A stretch of 46,729 bases of DNA, taken from NCBI GenBank assembly GCA_040756235.1, contig JBFLZG010000003.1, forward strand, positions 1 to 46,729. Reading direction: 5' to 3'. The notes under the pieces were generated by a model. The model had not been told where the DNA came from. It saw nothing but the letters and a program-made list of their open reading frames with translations, and ran no database searches. This document shows positions 45,502 to 46,729 of the stretch, piece by piece (position 1 is the stretch's first letter; the number at the start of each line of letters is the position of its first letter). The position numbers were made by a program, and so were the translations under genes. The DNA is from a bacterium (GTDB lineage Bacteria > Desulfobacterota > DSWW01).

Positions 45502-46729
45502 ATGTTTACGCGTTACGCTCCGAGGCTTGTAGCGGTTGCGGCGGGCTTGTTCCTGTTCGCGGGCTCTTGCCTCCTGTCGTGCAAGGGGCCGGGCGATGAA
45601 CCGGAGGGGAGCCGTTGCGTGATGGTAGCGCTGCCTCAGTGGTTCTACCCGTCCGAGGAGAGACCGTGGCTCGTGCCGGCCTGGGACACCGCAAGGCGCG
45701 AGGCCTCGGGGTTCGAGCTCGTCCCGGAGCTGGTCCCGGGCAAGACCGAGCACATCCTGCAGAGGCTCCTGGTGACCCGGGCCTCGGGCCAAGGGCCGGA
45801 TGTGGCCTGCCTGCGTCTGAACTGGATGCCCGAGCTCCTCGGCCGTGGCATGCTCGAGCCCCTGGACGGATGGGTGGCCGAAGAAGTCTGGGCGGGGATC
45901 CTCCCTGCCCTCGGACCCGCGGTGACGGAGGCAGGCAGACACTACCTGCTTCCGTACGAGGTGGGCGTCCGGGTGATCCTGTACCGCGCGGACCTGGTTC
46001 AAGAGGCCGGCCTGACGCCTCCTCCCGAGGGATGGACCCTGGAGGATCTCGCCAACTATGCGAAGAGGCTGACCAGAGACCTCGACGGCGACGGCGACAT
46101 CGACCAGTGGGGGCTCGGGGTTCCTGGCGCCAGGAACGAGAAGTCGGTCTACCAGTGGCTGCCCTGGTTCTGGATCCTGGGCGGAGAGACTTTTTCGGCG
46201 GGCGGGCGGATCGTGCTCGCGAACCCGGCGGCCATGCGTGCCATGCAGTGGTACCGGGACCTCGCAGAGCGCTACCGGGTGACACCTCCGACCTTCTACT
46301 CGATGGACCAGGAGGCGATCTTTCAGGGGCTCGCCAACGGCATGTTCGCCATGACCGTAGGAGGTTCCTGGGAGTTGGCGATGCTCAAAAAGCTCAGTGC
46401 CCACGGCGACGCGATCCGGATGGCCCTTTTGCCTGGCCCACTGGCCGGGAAACCCTCTACCACCCTGGTGGACGGATGGGGGTTTGGCCTGCTGCGCAAG
46501 GACGCGGGAAAACGGGAAGCCGTCTCGCGGCTTCTGGCGTCCCTTTCGTCCCCCGAGCACCAGCTCGAGAAGCTACGGGCTTCGGGGTCGCTTCCGCCTT
46601 TCGAATCGGCGTACGGCTCCCGTGTTCTCCAGGAGGAGGCGTCCGGGAGGGTTCTGTCGATGGCCGTCAGGACCGCCAGGCATCCGGACGCCGCCACCCT
46701 GGCGCCCGCGGTCCTCGAGGCCCTCGGCG
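45502..46729 (+). CDS. CUT1 ABC substrate-binding lipoprotein (family 1), truncated at the window end
   Basis: Read manually (absent from the ORF track): MFTRYAPRL...LLSC lipobox; GPDV, LEPLD, LYRADL, WTLEDL...TRDLDGDGDIDQWG. Confidence 0.88.
   Translation, partial: MFTRYAPRLVAVAAGLFLFAGSCLLSCKGPGDEPEGSRCVMVALPQWFYPSEERPWLVPAWDTARREASGFELVPELVPGKTEHILQRLLVTRASGQGPDVACLRLNWMPELLGRGMLEPLDGWVAEEVWAGILPALGPAVTEAGRHYLLPYEVGVRVILYRADLVQEAGLTPPPEGWTLEDLANYAKRLTRDLDGDGDIDQWGLGVPGARNEKSVYQWLPWFWILGGETFSAGGRIVLANPAAMRAMQWYRDLAERYRVTPPTFYSMDQEAIFQGLANGMFAMTVGGSWELAMLKKLSAHGDAIRMALLPGPLAGKPSTTLVDGWGFGLLRKDAGKREAVSRLLASLSSPEHQLEKLRASGSLPPFESAYGSRVLQEEASGRVLSMAVRTARHPDAATLAPAVLEALG

Overview
GC-rich bacterial window whose gene content resembles an anaerobic Desulfobacterota/deltaproteobacterial lineage (inference). 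It is dominated by a molybdenum/tungsten-cofactor island. Left to right: a DUF2760 gene plus two Hsp70-like genes; ADP-forming acyl-CoA synthetase alpha, an epimerase, an Fe-ADH and an AOR-MoaD-ferredoxin operon; a minus-strand operon of DUF364, Mop aldehyde oxidoreductase, the DVU_1558-1553/TrsS cluster and XdhC; a selenocysteine formate dehydrogenase (in-frame UGA plus SECIS, split in the ORF track); moeA; an orphan tupA; then a 15-kb plus-strand block of secreted or lipoprotein genes (DNRLRE-like domains, two atypical metallophosphoesterases, two beta-helix surface proteins, a diheme lipoprotein with repeated sulfite-oxidase-like modules) and a CUT1-type ABC importer running off the end. 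The main signal not in the ORF track is seven copies of a Moco/Wco-riboswitch-like RNA, all lacking P3. Three precede Mo/W enzymes and four precede the uncharacterised extracellular block, which suggests a possible cofactor/pterin or tungstate scavenging system. Several copies place a start codon just after the P1-embedded Shine-Dalgarno, with the reading frame crossing an intrinsic terminator. All family calls are by motif recognition only; no searches were run.
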